Assembly (NCBI GenBank): GCA_010909165.1
Contig: MU008161.1
Span: forward strand, 2,108,001 to 2,172,000
From: Anthoceros angustus
Lineage: Eukaryota; Plantae; Anthocerotophyta
Direction: 5' to 3'
DNA length: 64,000 bases
Part shown: in pieces, positions 1 through 11,050 of the stretch
How positions within the stretch are numbered: position 1 is the stretch's first letter
How the letters are laid out: each line of letters opens with the position of its first letter
Translations under genes and position numbers: made by a program
Notes under the pieces: generated by a model
The model's database searches: none
What the model was told of the DNA's origin: nothing
What the model saw: the letters and a program-made list of their open reading frames with translations, nothing else

Positions 1-2990
1 CGGACGGAGCATTTCATCCGCTACATGGACTTTTCGACCAACGAAGAGGGAGTGTTCCATCGAGGCATGTGACCTCATCATCGTGGCATGCCACACCATG
101 GGGCCGCAAAGGGCACGCGTTGATTGCTTTGGAAGATCGATGCTTTCATGTTTGCGCCGCAGCCTTCTTGGACCCTCCGCGGGTTGAGGTAAGGCGTGCG
201 GCCGCTGTCGCAGTTTTGCCAAGCGGAAGCAACCAAGGCTATTGAGGGGAAGGACCAAGGCGTTGCGCCTCGAGTCAGCCGCCAGAAGGAATGAGCCCGC
301 GTGGCAATGGTTTGTTGTGATGCTCGAGGCCAAGGCCCATAGTAATACGCAGACGTGCGCGCGAGTTGGTGGTGCTTGCCGCGGTAACGCTGCACCGCGC
401 ATGTCGCTCGCATGGTGACCAAAGGAGACCTGACACGTCCGCGTGCGGCAGACCAATCCGCGACACGCAGAGAGAGGCGCCGCAGCATGGTGGTGTTTGG
501 CAATACCCGATCATCGTGAACCACCGGCTGGCGGCGCAGCCTTCCATCGAAGGCTGCACCCATGGGCAGGATGGGGGGAAAGGGAGCGTAGGCCACTATC
601 TTGCACACACAGCATGTGAAGCCCCCTTTGCACACAATTTGAAGTGCGCCCGCGAAGTGCGCGGCATGATTTTGAACAGGGATTTGTGCGGAAGAGGTGC
701 AACTGGCAATCAAACTGGGTGGTAGCCGCAGTTGCTGCAATTTCTTGTTCAACCCGAACGACGGCGACTTGGAATAACACCAGGGCTGTGCGTGCGCAAT
801 AGACCTCCGCGGAGGCCTGTGCAGGCAGACGGGAACCACGCGAACGCCTTCCACGCTAGCGGTGTGCGCGGTGCAAGCCACCTTGCCCATCCCAAGCGAA
901 GCGACCGTGGAGGAGGCCGATGGCGCGTGGCGCACCAATGGCGGGGGGATGACGGTGGTGGGGCACGACGGCTGCACCGGATGACTGGACCATCTGGGAG
1001 GAAGGGCTGCGGACGGCGGATGCACGCACGAGGGGCCGGAGGGGGGGAAGAGGCCGCAAGCGGGGATGAGCACGAGGAAGGGGAGGACGGGCCGCGTGGT
1101 AGCGAGCCTTCGAACACCGCCACGCCGGAAGGGTGTACGGCCGGGCGGTGCGGCACTTGCAATCGTGGCGGCCATCAAGGAGCCGCCGCGAGCGGTGGCC
1201 ATGGTCGTGGTGGAGAGTGGTCCGGGAAATGGGTCCTCTTGGTTGTGGAGGGGAGCTGGGATGGCCGCCTTGCACAAGGACTTCGTTTGGGCGGTGGAGA
1301 GGGGCCGTTGTAGCCCCATGAGGGAGGGCTGGTGGTGCTGGCAACCGCGGTGGATGTCATGGACGGTTGGGGCGAGGATCTTTGGGCAAGAGCTCGCATG
1401 GCATGTTCTTGTTGTGGATGCCATTCGGGAGGACACACGCTGCGCGTGCCTAACAATTGAGATAGGGGCGCTGCGGTGACAATCTGTGCGAAGGAAATGG
1501 GTGCCTACTGTGGGATTTGCGATTCACAAGAAGGAAGCCTTACCCACCGCACTGCCGTCATCTCATGCACACGAAAGCATGCCGGAAGGCACCTTGTGGG
1601 TTGCGATTGCAAAGTGATGGGCCAAGTCCTGCCGGCCAAGTGGGCATGGAAGGTAGTCGAGAGGACTGTGGGGCCACAGTGGGATCGTCGGCACACTGTG
1701 TTGTGGATCGGGCCCGAGAGGGCATTGCACCTCGCAGTGAACATTGTGTGCCGGCCGGTGGGCACATTATGCATCGTGCACAGGGATGTGGATCGCCACA
1801 ACTTCTTTGTGGGCCGCCACACACTCCCATTTGTGTACAACCGGACGGAGCATTTCATCTGCTACATGGACTTTTCGACCAACGAAGAGGGACTGTTCCA
1901 AGTACTGGAGGCATGTGACCTCATCATCAGGGCATGCCACACCATGGGGGGCCGCAAAGGGCACGCGTTGATTGCTGGAAGATCGCATGCTTTCATGTTT
2001 GCGCCTGACTTCTTGGACCCTCTGCGGGTTGAGGTAAGGCGGTGGTCGTTCATGGTTTTGCCAAGCGGAAGCAACGAGAAGGCTATTGAGGGGAAGGACC
2101 AAGGCGTTGCACACCGATGTCTTCTTTGCCCGAGCATGAGAAACGTGGCAATGGTTTGTTGTGATGCTCTCGGAGGCCCATAGTGGCCCGTATAATGTCT
2201 GTGAGGCGTGTGTTGTGCGCGAGTTGGTGTGGAAGCTTGCGGCATGCGTGCAACGCTCTTGCCGCGCAGCTGCATATAATGACCAAAGGAGACCTGCGTC
2301 GCGTGCGCTTGCACGAATCCGCGACACGCAGAGGCGCCGCAGCATGGTGGTGTTTGGCAATACCGCGATCGTGTGAACCACCGCGCGGCGCGTGCGACCT
2401 TCCATCAAGGTCGCACCCATAAGCGAGATGGGGAAAGGGGCGTAGGCCTATCTTGCACACGGCGCTGCCCCTTTGCACACAATTTGGCGCCAGCGTCGCG
2501 GCATGATTTTAAAACGGATTTGTGCGGAAGAGGTGCAACCGCAATCAAAGCGGGTGGTAGCAGCGATTCTGCAATTTCTTGTTCAACCCGACGACGGCGA
2601 CTTGGAATAACACGGGCTGCGTGCGCAATAGACCTCCGGAGGCTGTGCGGCGGGGCGGAACCACGCGAACGCCTTCCACGCTAGCGGTGTGCGGTGTGCA
2701 AGCCACCTTGCCCATCCCAAGCGAAGCGACCACATGGAGGAGGCGCGTGCGGTGGCGCACCAATGGCGGGGGGATGACGGTGGCTGGGGCACGACGGCTG
2801 CACCGGATGACTGGACCATCTGGGAGGAAGGGCTGCGGAGACGGCGGATGCGATGGGGGAGGAAGAGGTCGCAAGCGGGGATGAGCATGAGGAAGGGGAG
2901 GGGCCGCGTGGTAGCGGGCCTTCCGAACTCAGCTCAGGAAGGGTGTCTGGTGGCGGTGCGGCACTTGCAATCAGGCGGCCAGAAGGAGCT
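1..2990 (+). repeat. Degenerate ~1.8 kb direct tandem duplication, probably the 5' part of the adjacent transposon
   Basis: 1-~1190 aligns by eye with 1843-~2990 (both start CGGACGGAGCATTTCATC.GCTACATGGACTTTTCGACCAACGAAGAGGG), with many 1-3 bp indels. The second copy runs directly into the transposase N-terminus. Confidence 0.85.
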
Positions 2991-5900
2991 GCCAGCTTGG
3001 GCTGCAGCTTGAGGACGGTGACGAGGCTCGCAACGCACCCGAATGGCGCGCGTGTATGGGAGGCTATCCGTGGTGGAGGTCTCGCACGCCATTGCAACTC
3101 ATACGCCCATCACACGCACGCAGGCGTCAATGCACGATCCGCGTGCGGGCTGCAAGTCGATGGAATCGACATCCCGGAGGCGGTGTGGGCTACTGATGAT
3201 CTGCCGGAAGACATGGCCGTGACGGTCGCATCCGCGCGTCGACAACAACACGACGCCCATGTTCATGTGGCACATGGATTGTGAGTGGCTCAGTAGCTTG
3301 CTGCGGTGTGCCGTAGCGTTAGATTGGAATGGGAGCGATTGTCAGCGGGTCACCAAATGGATGTGGTTGGATTGTGTGCAGGGACAAGCCGTACTCAATT
3401 CTACTTGAGTCCATGGTGCAATAGATGGGGCCACCCACTACGTCCCGTGGTTGGGCCGGAAGACAACAAGCGGGGACAACCATTTTCAACGCCTATGTGG
3501 ATGCAAAGGAGGAGGTTTGGCCATCCCGGATTCGGCCTGACTATGCAGAGCACAACCCGATAGAGGCGGACATGAACCGGGGCGAGGCCAAGGGCACACG
3601 GCAAGAACTTCATCCTCCGGCCTGCACAACCAGTCACTGTGGGTTGCTTGCGATGCCTTTGCCGAGGAGGTGTGGTAGTAATCGCCTCTCGCAGAGGATT
3701 GAGCATTTTTGGCCACCGGGGAGAAGTGGGCGCCTGCATAAGGGGTACATGCTGGATTTGGTGAGGAGTAATCAATTGACATCACCAACCGGCACATCCA
3801 CTCCCTCGCATGTCACCTTCATGCCCACCATGAGGGCGAGCCGAACGTTGGAGGTGTGTGGAACAGCATGTGGTGCGCAGATAAGGGCTGCTGACAGGAC
3901 ATCCCGGCCATGTGCAATAGCGTTCTGTGAAGAGGCTCTCTGGTGCACCGCATATGGGACATGGATGACGATGGCGAGGAGTATGATGCCCGTGGTCCTC
4001 AATATGCACGTAACGTGGCCCCGAGATGCCACCGCTAGGTGTGATTGAGTCTGTCCGGTGAGTCTTCTACCGCAGACACTTGTCTTTGTGCGTTAGATTG
4101 GAATGGGAGCGATTCTGCGGTGGTCACCAAATGGATGTGGTTGGATTGTGTGCGACTATGACAAGTACCAATTCTACTTCAGAGTCCATGGTGCAATTGA
4201 TGGGGCCACCCACTACGTCCCGTGGTTGGTGCTGGAAGATAACAAGCGGGGGACAACCATTTTCAACGCCTCTGTGGATGCAGTGAGGAGGTTTGGCCAT
4301 CCCCAGCGTATTCGGTCGGACTATGCAGCAGAGCACAACCTGATAGAGGCGGACATGAACCGTGCGAGGCCAAGGGCACACGGCAGCAACTTCATCCGAC
4401 CCCTCCACAACCGGTCGGTTGTGGTTGCTTGCGATGCCTTTGTCGGGAGGTAGTGCGGGGTAATGCTGCGGCCTGAGGATTGAGCATTTTTGGCGGTCAT
4501 TGGGAGAAGTGGGCGTTCTGCATAAGGGGTACATGCTGGATTTGGTGAGGAGTACCGAATTGGACATCACCAACCGCACATCCACTCCACATGTCACCTT
4601 CATGCCCACCATGAGGCGGAGGCTGGGTTGGAGGCGGTGTGGAGCAGCCTGGTGCGCAGAATAAGGGCTGGGCGGGGACATCCCGGCCATGTGCAATAGC
4701 GTTCGGGGAAGAGGCTCGGCTCAAGGGCGGTGCGACCACCCGCATATGGGAACGGCGGATGGCGATGGCGAGGAGTCGATACTGTGGTCCTCAATATGCC
4801 TGACGTGGCCCCGAGATGCCACCGCTAGGTGTGATTGGTATTGTCGGTGAGTCTTGGTGACACACTTGTCTTTGTGCGTTAGATTGGAATGGAGGCGATT
4901 AACTGCGTGGTCACCAAATGGATGTGGTTGGATTGTGTGCGACTATGACAAGTCGTACTCAATTCTACTTGAGTCCATGGTGCAATAGATGGGGCCACCC
5001 ACTACGTCCGTGGTTGGTCTTGGAAGACAACAAGCGGGGACAACCATTTTCAACGCCTATGTGGATGCGGTGAGGAGGTTTGGCCATCCCGGATTCGGTC
5101 GGACTATGCGGGAGCACAACGATAGGCGGACATGAACGTGCGAGGCCAAGGGCACTGGCGGCAACTTCCATGACCTCCGTGCACAACCAGTCGGGCGTGG
5201 TTGCTTGCGATGCCTTTGTCGAGGAGGTGCGTGCGGGGTAATGCTGCTGTCTGCAGAGGATTGAGCATTTTTGGCGGTCCTTTGGGGAGAAGTGGGCGTT
5301 CACACTGAGGGTACATCTTTGGTTGGTGAGAATTGGACATCACCAACCCACAGCACATCCACTCGCATGTCACCTTCATGCCCACCATGAGGCGGGCTGG
5401 AGCGTTGGAGGTGTGTGGAACAGCATGTGGTGCGCAGAATAAGGGCTGCGACAGGACATCCCGGCCATGTGCCCGCAATAGCGTTCAGAAGAGGCTCGGC
5501 TCAAGGCGGGTGCGACCACCCGCATATGGGACATGGATGACGATGGCGAGGAGTATGATGCCTGTGGTCCTCAATATACCTGACGTGGCCCCGAGATGCC
5601 ACCGCTAGGTGTGATTGATTGTTGTCGGGGTGAGTCTTGTGCGGCACACTTGTCTTTGTGTGTGCAGTTGCACTGCCTTCCCTCATGTGAGGTTCCATCC
5701 CTTTAGCATTACGGTGGTGATCTTGCGTGTGTGCCTTCTTGTCGCCGTCGGCTGCATGTCGCGAGGACAATGCCTATGCGAAGGGCTTGGGCGGCATGGA
5801 CTTCCTCCCGATATGTACCTTTGCACAGCGGCAGCGACATTGTGCGAGTGCGAGGCGGGGAGGCCTTTGCCCGTACCTCGGCGGTGGGCAAGCGGAAAGC

Positions 5901-6050
5901 CACGCCGTGGGCGTGGCGAGATCACTACTGCTGCGTTACGTAGTCCAAGAGGGCCCTTTGAACTCTTGTGCCTCGCACGCTTTTTGGGTGCAAGGATTGT
6001 ATCGTATTTTCATGGAAGCCTTGGTGTTTGTTGGTCCTCTGGTATAAGCT
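2990..6050 (+). mobile_element. IS3EU-like (integrase-core/DDE) DNA transposase, intron-containing and frameshifted; catalytic block present three times
   Basis: Translations give LGCSLRTVTR (HTH-like), then PNGCGWIVCDYDK..FRVHGAIDGATHYV, FGHPQRIRSDYAAEH, PSVHNQ|RIEHFW and LDITNPQHIH..HVTFMPTMR..WNS. These match the recalled HGxIDG / RSDxGxEN / SVHNQRIERLW / LDPxN..LHxVFLP pattern. HNQ and RIE are separated by a GT..AG intron-like segment. Confidence 0.75.
3315..5655 (+). repeat. Three tandem ~780 bp copies of the transposase catalytic exon block
   Basis: CGTTAG|ATTGGAATGG exon starts at 3323, 4097 and 4883 (periods 774 and 786). Each copy ends GCCCCGAGATGCCACCGCTAGGTGTGATTG. Confidence 0.92.
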
Positions 6051-6347
6051 TGTATCGGAAAGTTGGTGCTATGTGAAGCGCACAGCGTAGGCGGCACAGC
6101 GAAGCGTTGCGGTGTGGATGCGGCCGGTGCCATGATGCATCTTCCAGGAGCAAATGCACTAAGGCAGCGGCATACGCGACGGCCTAAGCGCCATTGCATA
6201 GCGTGGCTGCGCTAACGCAACCGCCGCAACCCTTACACCTTGTATGCCGCGTCGCGGACATGGTATGTTGCGTGCGCAATGGCGCGGCGGCGCAAAATGG
6301 CCGCAACGCAACCCTAACCCTAAAAGAAGAAAAGTTTACGTGTGGTC

Positions 6348-6391
6348 GAATCATTACGTGTGGTCGAATCATTACGTGTGTCATGTGGTAG
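6348..6391. repeat. 18 bp tandem TACGTGTGGTCGAATCAT x2.4, next to a telomere-like AACCCTAACCCTAAAA (about 6311-6326)
   Basis: Seen directly. It lies between the transposon and the MOSC gene; function unknown. Confidence 0.7.
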
Positions 6392-7294
6392 CTTGACCAC
6401 ATCGGTACAACCGCAGCCACAACCGATGTGGTCATCCATGACATGCGAAATAGTTCCCGTGTATGCGGCGGACTATTCTTCATCCATAACCCTAAAAATA
6501 TCTGGATGCTGCGTGACCAGTTCGGTATTCCATAATAGAAAAATATACACATATCCTTTTTATATGATGAAGATAAAAAATGTATTGCACATCTTTTTTC
6601 TACTCGGTAACATCTTATGTTTATGTGTGGGCTTTCAAGTGTTCCTTTTCATGTCTCATGACGTCTGTCTTACCTCTGAGATGGAGCACTTGGTATGCTT
6701 GCAGGGTGGGTTTCTTGGGCGATGGGGTATGTTGATGAGGCAGAGGACTTCGTCCATGGCCTTAAGCCTGACCTGGTGTTGTGAACGTCTCGGTTAGGGG
6801 CCATGAAGGAACCCAGGGGCCACACATGGATGGAGTCTGCAACGAGGTGCATACCTTTGCGGTGGAGGACGCGGGTCATAGTGAAAGAAGGGAGATTATT
6901 TGGAGCTGGAAAAACCTGTGGGGTCTGTAAGACAACGGACACATAGCTGACCAAGCTTTTTAGCCCTGGAGCATCCATGGTGTAACCAGCCAAAAATAGC
7001 ACGAACACTTGTCTCTTCAGGATTGTTTCCTGCTGACAGAAGTGTGACACAACAAAGAAGGGCAGGTGCATTGGTTCCATCCGTACGGGAGGCCTGACAC
7101 AAAGAGGGGCAGGCTGCTGATGGAAGCAGCCGGGGGATCCCGTGGTCGAAAAGCCTTGTGCAGAATTCCATGGCCGGCAGCCATTCTTGGGGCTCCTGCA
7201 TTAGTGGGCTCCCTCTTCCTTCACACAAGCAGCTTGGGTACTCTTTGCACTGCTGTTCAGCTACCCTTCCCGTGTTTCACAGACGGGAGCAGCA

Positions 7295-9015
7295 ATGACG
7301 GATCCTTATACAGTGGTCGAGCTTGTGCTGTATCCTGTGAAGTCATGTCGTGGTATTTCGGTCCCAAAAGCTTGCGTCTCCTCTCGGGGTAGGCAGTGGC
7401 TGAATTAGTCATGATTCCTGGTTGCTGATGTTCTTTGCCATAACCTCTGAATGCTCCCAAACAATGCAGGCTTCCTGTACGACAGGGACTGGATGGTGGT
7501 GACTGCAGACAAGGGACGCTTGATAACACAACTCAGAGTTCCTAAGATGGCGCTTGTGCAAACTTCTCTTCCTCTTGGTCTGTTCGGAGGACAACCGGTG
7601 CCCAGTGCTGCTGTTTTATGTAAGCTCTCTGCCAAGCTCCTGTGGGCAAAGCTGGTTCTCCCAAAAACCTCACTGCTTCCATGGTCTGGCAGGCATGGAT
7701 GCACCTGGAATGCCGACGCTCAAGGTTCCCATTACGAGACCAGTCCCAAGCTCTGCTCTGATGATAGGGCAGAGAGGAGCCATTGTGGAAGTAGTGGTAT
7801 GGGCTTGGTCTGGCCTCGGCATAGATGAAGGTCCGGAGGCAAGCAGGTGGTGGACTGAGTACTTGGGCATGCCTGCTCGTCTGGTCCGAGTTCATGAAGG
7901 TGAGGTTAAGTCCTATCCTCCTTATCCAGGTTGTTCTAGCTTAACTCCTCGAACGAGAACGGGGACCTGGACGTGCCATTTTATACAGATCTGATGGACC
8001 GCCAAGTGTCAAATGCTCCTGATGGATTTGTGACCGGCTTCAGCAACACAGGACAGTTCCTGCTCCAATCTGAGGTAGTGCTTTCAACCACATCCGATGG
8101 TCATGTCTTGTCTTGCCAATTTGATTACTTCATAGAATCAGTATTGTGCAGGCCTCACTGGAAGATCTGAACCAGCGTTTGGAGCATCCGCTCCACATGA
8201 ACCGCTTCAGACCAAAGTCTGCCCACTTTTGCTTCTTTGAAGATGAAGCAACTATACGTATATGCATTTCCCGCATGCTGTCCAGAAATCCTTCTAGCTT
8301 TCCTAACTAACAGTCTTGGGTTCTTGCGGCAGTTTGGTGATCCGAGGACCCAGGGCATATGAAGAGGACGAGTGGCGTACCTTCGCAACCGTGCGTGGTG
8401 GTCAGAAGCTCCGGTTCTCTTTTGTCAAGCGCTGTTCTCGGTGCAGGGTACGTATTTTCACGTCTTCCAAATGCGAGCTTCACTGCAGGCTCTGTAAAGA
8501 CAGGAACCCACCAAGCTATTCCTTGTCCCACCTTGCAGGTTCCAAACATCAACCAGGAGACTGCCGAAGGTCCTGCTTTCGAGCCTGGGCAGGTCTGAAC
8601 TTGCCTGCAAGTCTGACATGCTCAGGATACTACAACTTTAATCTTTGCACTTTCTTCAAAAAAAAGAATGCTATCACAGCATGCTTCCATCTGACATCAA
8701 CCTTACCTCGGTTGCGCAGACGCTGACCACTTACCGATCTGGAAAGTTGCTGGGCATGGATGCCAGGGACGCAAGGCAGGTGCGTATCCTTTTCGCTCAC
8801 AGATCCACTGTCCTTGCCTCCTCTCCTACTCCTCGCAGCAACATGGAACCTTACTTCCTTACTCAGCAACTCGTCTCCTTTCCTGCCAGATTTTCTTCGC
8901 GACCTACTTCGTTTGCGACCGCACCACGAGTCTGAAGAAGAGCCCGCTGAATGAACTCCCTTCCGTGGCAGTCGGAGATGCTCTTGAAATCCTCACCTGG
9001 GCACCCTCCTCCTGA
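7295..9015 (+). CDS. MOSC-domain protein (mARC / Moco sulfurase C-terminal-like), multi-exon
   Basis: Spliced translation: MTDPYTVVELVLYPVKSCRGISVP, GFLYDRDWMVV..GRLITQ..PKMALV, MNRFRP, EEDEW, VKRCSRC..PNINQET, TLTTYRS, IFFATYFV..VAVGDALEIL*. Stop TGA at 9013-9015. An upstream exon near 7120-7240 is possible. Confidence 0.88.
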
Positions 9016-9601
9016 TCCATTTTGGCATCGGCATTCGGTTTGTGGCCAGCAGAGCTCCCTTTTTTGAAGGGAATGCCAGCAGAAGCCATGTTTGAGGATG
9101 CATTCAAGGACCCATGTTTGAGGTCACTCTCGTGAATGCTGCTTGAGTGACAGAGATGACTCATACCATGTGGTATGAGTCTTCTCTGTCACCAAGGATG
9201 CACATGGTATCAATCTTCTGTCTCCAAGGATGGAAAATAAAGAGCTTTATCAAAGGAGAAGAGATGTGGGTAGCCCATCTACCATCAAAGGACAAGACAA
9301 GAGACCCCGATGATCAATAACGGGCTCACCAACCTGCCTAGAGTAACAGAGATGACTCACACCATATCGCTAGATGACTGAAAAGGGAGGCATGCCCCAT
9401 GCTCCTGCCCCCATGCCCCGTTTGAGTGTTTTTTGTCCAACAGCGTTTCATAGTTCAACCAGGTAAGCGCTGGAACTCTTGAGCTAAGCAACGAGGCTCA
9501 TTAACTCGTTGTCAGGTTAAGTTCGAGATTCTGATTGAGCACGCGTGGGACTTGGTTGCAATGGTCTTGCGGCCATGTTCCGGTAGCGGTGCGAGCTCGA
9601 C

Positions 9602-10659
9602 ATGGAGCCAGTGGTCGCGCCGTCCGAGAGCTCTGCAGATGCTGCCTGTATTTCGGAAGCAACGCGGGATCGAGGATCCGGTTTACCGGTGCTCAAGAAC
9701 ATACAACCTCCAACCATCAGCCCCGACACGGTGAGTTGAATTGCTTACAAGATTAGGGTTTGCAGGAACTGATTTGCTGATCATGTCCTGATACCACAAT
9801 GTGGTGTGTGCGTGTGTGTGTGTGTGTTGCAACAGCTCAAGGCTGTGATGGCCAGGGAGCCAGGATATGACAGACTGCAGCTCAAAATACTGGACTGCAG
9901 GCACAGCTTTGAGTTCGAAGGCGGGCACATCCTAGTCAGCCTCTTCACCATGACTGTCTGTTCTGGAATTAGGACTGTGAGTAGGGCCGCCGGAGATGCC
10001 TGAATGTTCGGCCCGTGGAGGCCCTGTGTGGCTGACAGAGCGCATCTCTCTGTCAGGGGGCACTCAACCTGAACCAGCCAACGTCTCTGGACGAATTCTA
10101 TACGGACCATGAAAGTGAAGGGAAGAACATGGTGCTTCTGTTTCACTGCGAGTTTTCTTCCTCAAGAGCACCGCAGATGTAAGTCTTTCTCAGGGAAATT
10201 TCTCCATGCTCTTCTGTGATGTTCTTTTTTTTTCACAAAGAGCTAGCCAGGGCAGGTACGCACACATGCGAAACATGGACAGGCACCGGCACATGGAAGT
10301 GTACCCCGAGCTGGCCTTTCCCCACATGTTCCTGCTGCATGGAGGATACAACTCCTTCTATTATTTGCACCCGGTAAGCATCTTGTCTTCATGTAGTGCT
10401 TTACCGGAATGCTCATAATTAAGAGGCCTTCATTTCACTGCATGGTTTTCTGCAGGAGCTGTGTGAGCCCAGGCAATATGTGCGGATGCTGGAACCGGAG
10501 TACAGTGAACAGCTGAGGATCGCCAAGGAGAGTCTGAGAAGAAGCTGGAACAAAGTCAGATCTCGTGAAGGAGCTCTGGCAAGGAAAAGTATATGTGACA
10601 CAGGCTGTGACAGGATGAGCAGTGCCAAGCCCAAAGCTGTCAGGTCACTTGACGTCTGA
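9602..10659 (+). CDS. CDC25: Cdc25-type (M-phase inducer) dual-specificity phosphatase, rhodanese fold; exons 9602-9730, 9836-9934, 10057-10178, 10256-10373, 10456-10659 (223 aa)
   Basis: All four introns are GT-AG and the frame is intact. Motifs: ISPDTL, ILDCRHSFEFEGGHILGALNL, LLFHCEFSSSRAP (CX5R, 10144-10167), MRNMDR..YPELAFPHMFLLHGGYNSF, LCEPRQYVRM. Additional 5' exons cannot be excluded. Confidence 0.9.
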
Positions 10660-11050
10660 AGGCTGTCCTACTCGGTATTTTTACACAATCCTATTTTCAG
10701 TCACGAAAAGGGCGGAGAACCAGTTTGTGCAGCTTCCTCAAGCAACATCAAGCTATCTGGTCACTGCCAATTTAGCACCAAGCATGCCCGTCAGGAAGTT
10801 AAAATTCGAACACCCCTCCTGTTTGCGGGATTGAGGCAGCAAACACTATATACTTCGCCAATACATGATGTGGGCTGGAGAAGCCCACTGCAAGGGTTCG
10901 CAGGTGGCTTTTAGATGTGAGCCCATGATGAACCTCCTTGCCCAAAGCCACAAAAGACTGACTTCTCAAATTGCAACTCATAGAACACTTATGGCTATGA
11001 ACATTGATCCCAGCAATGTAAGACCGGGAGCATCCCCTAAGAGTATCGTG

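Noticed and set aside
78-1436. 452 aa - strand ORF
   Set aside because: Lies antisense to the GC-rich duplicated region; the frame is not preserved in the second copy and there are no recognisable motifs.
2990-5655. Bacterial IS element or contamination
   Set aside because: The transposase is interrupted by GT-AG intron-like segments and is contiguous with plant genes. Fungal origin is not formally excluded.
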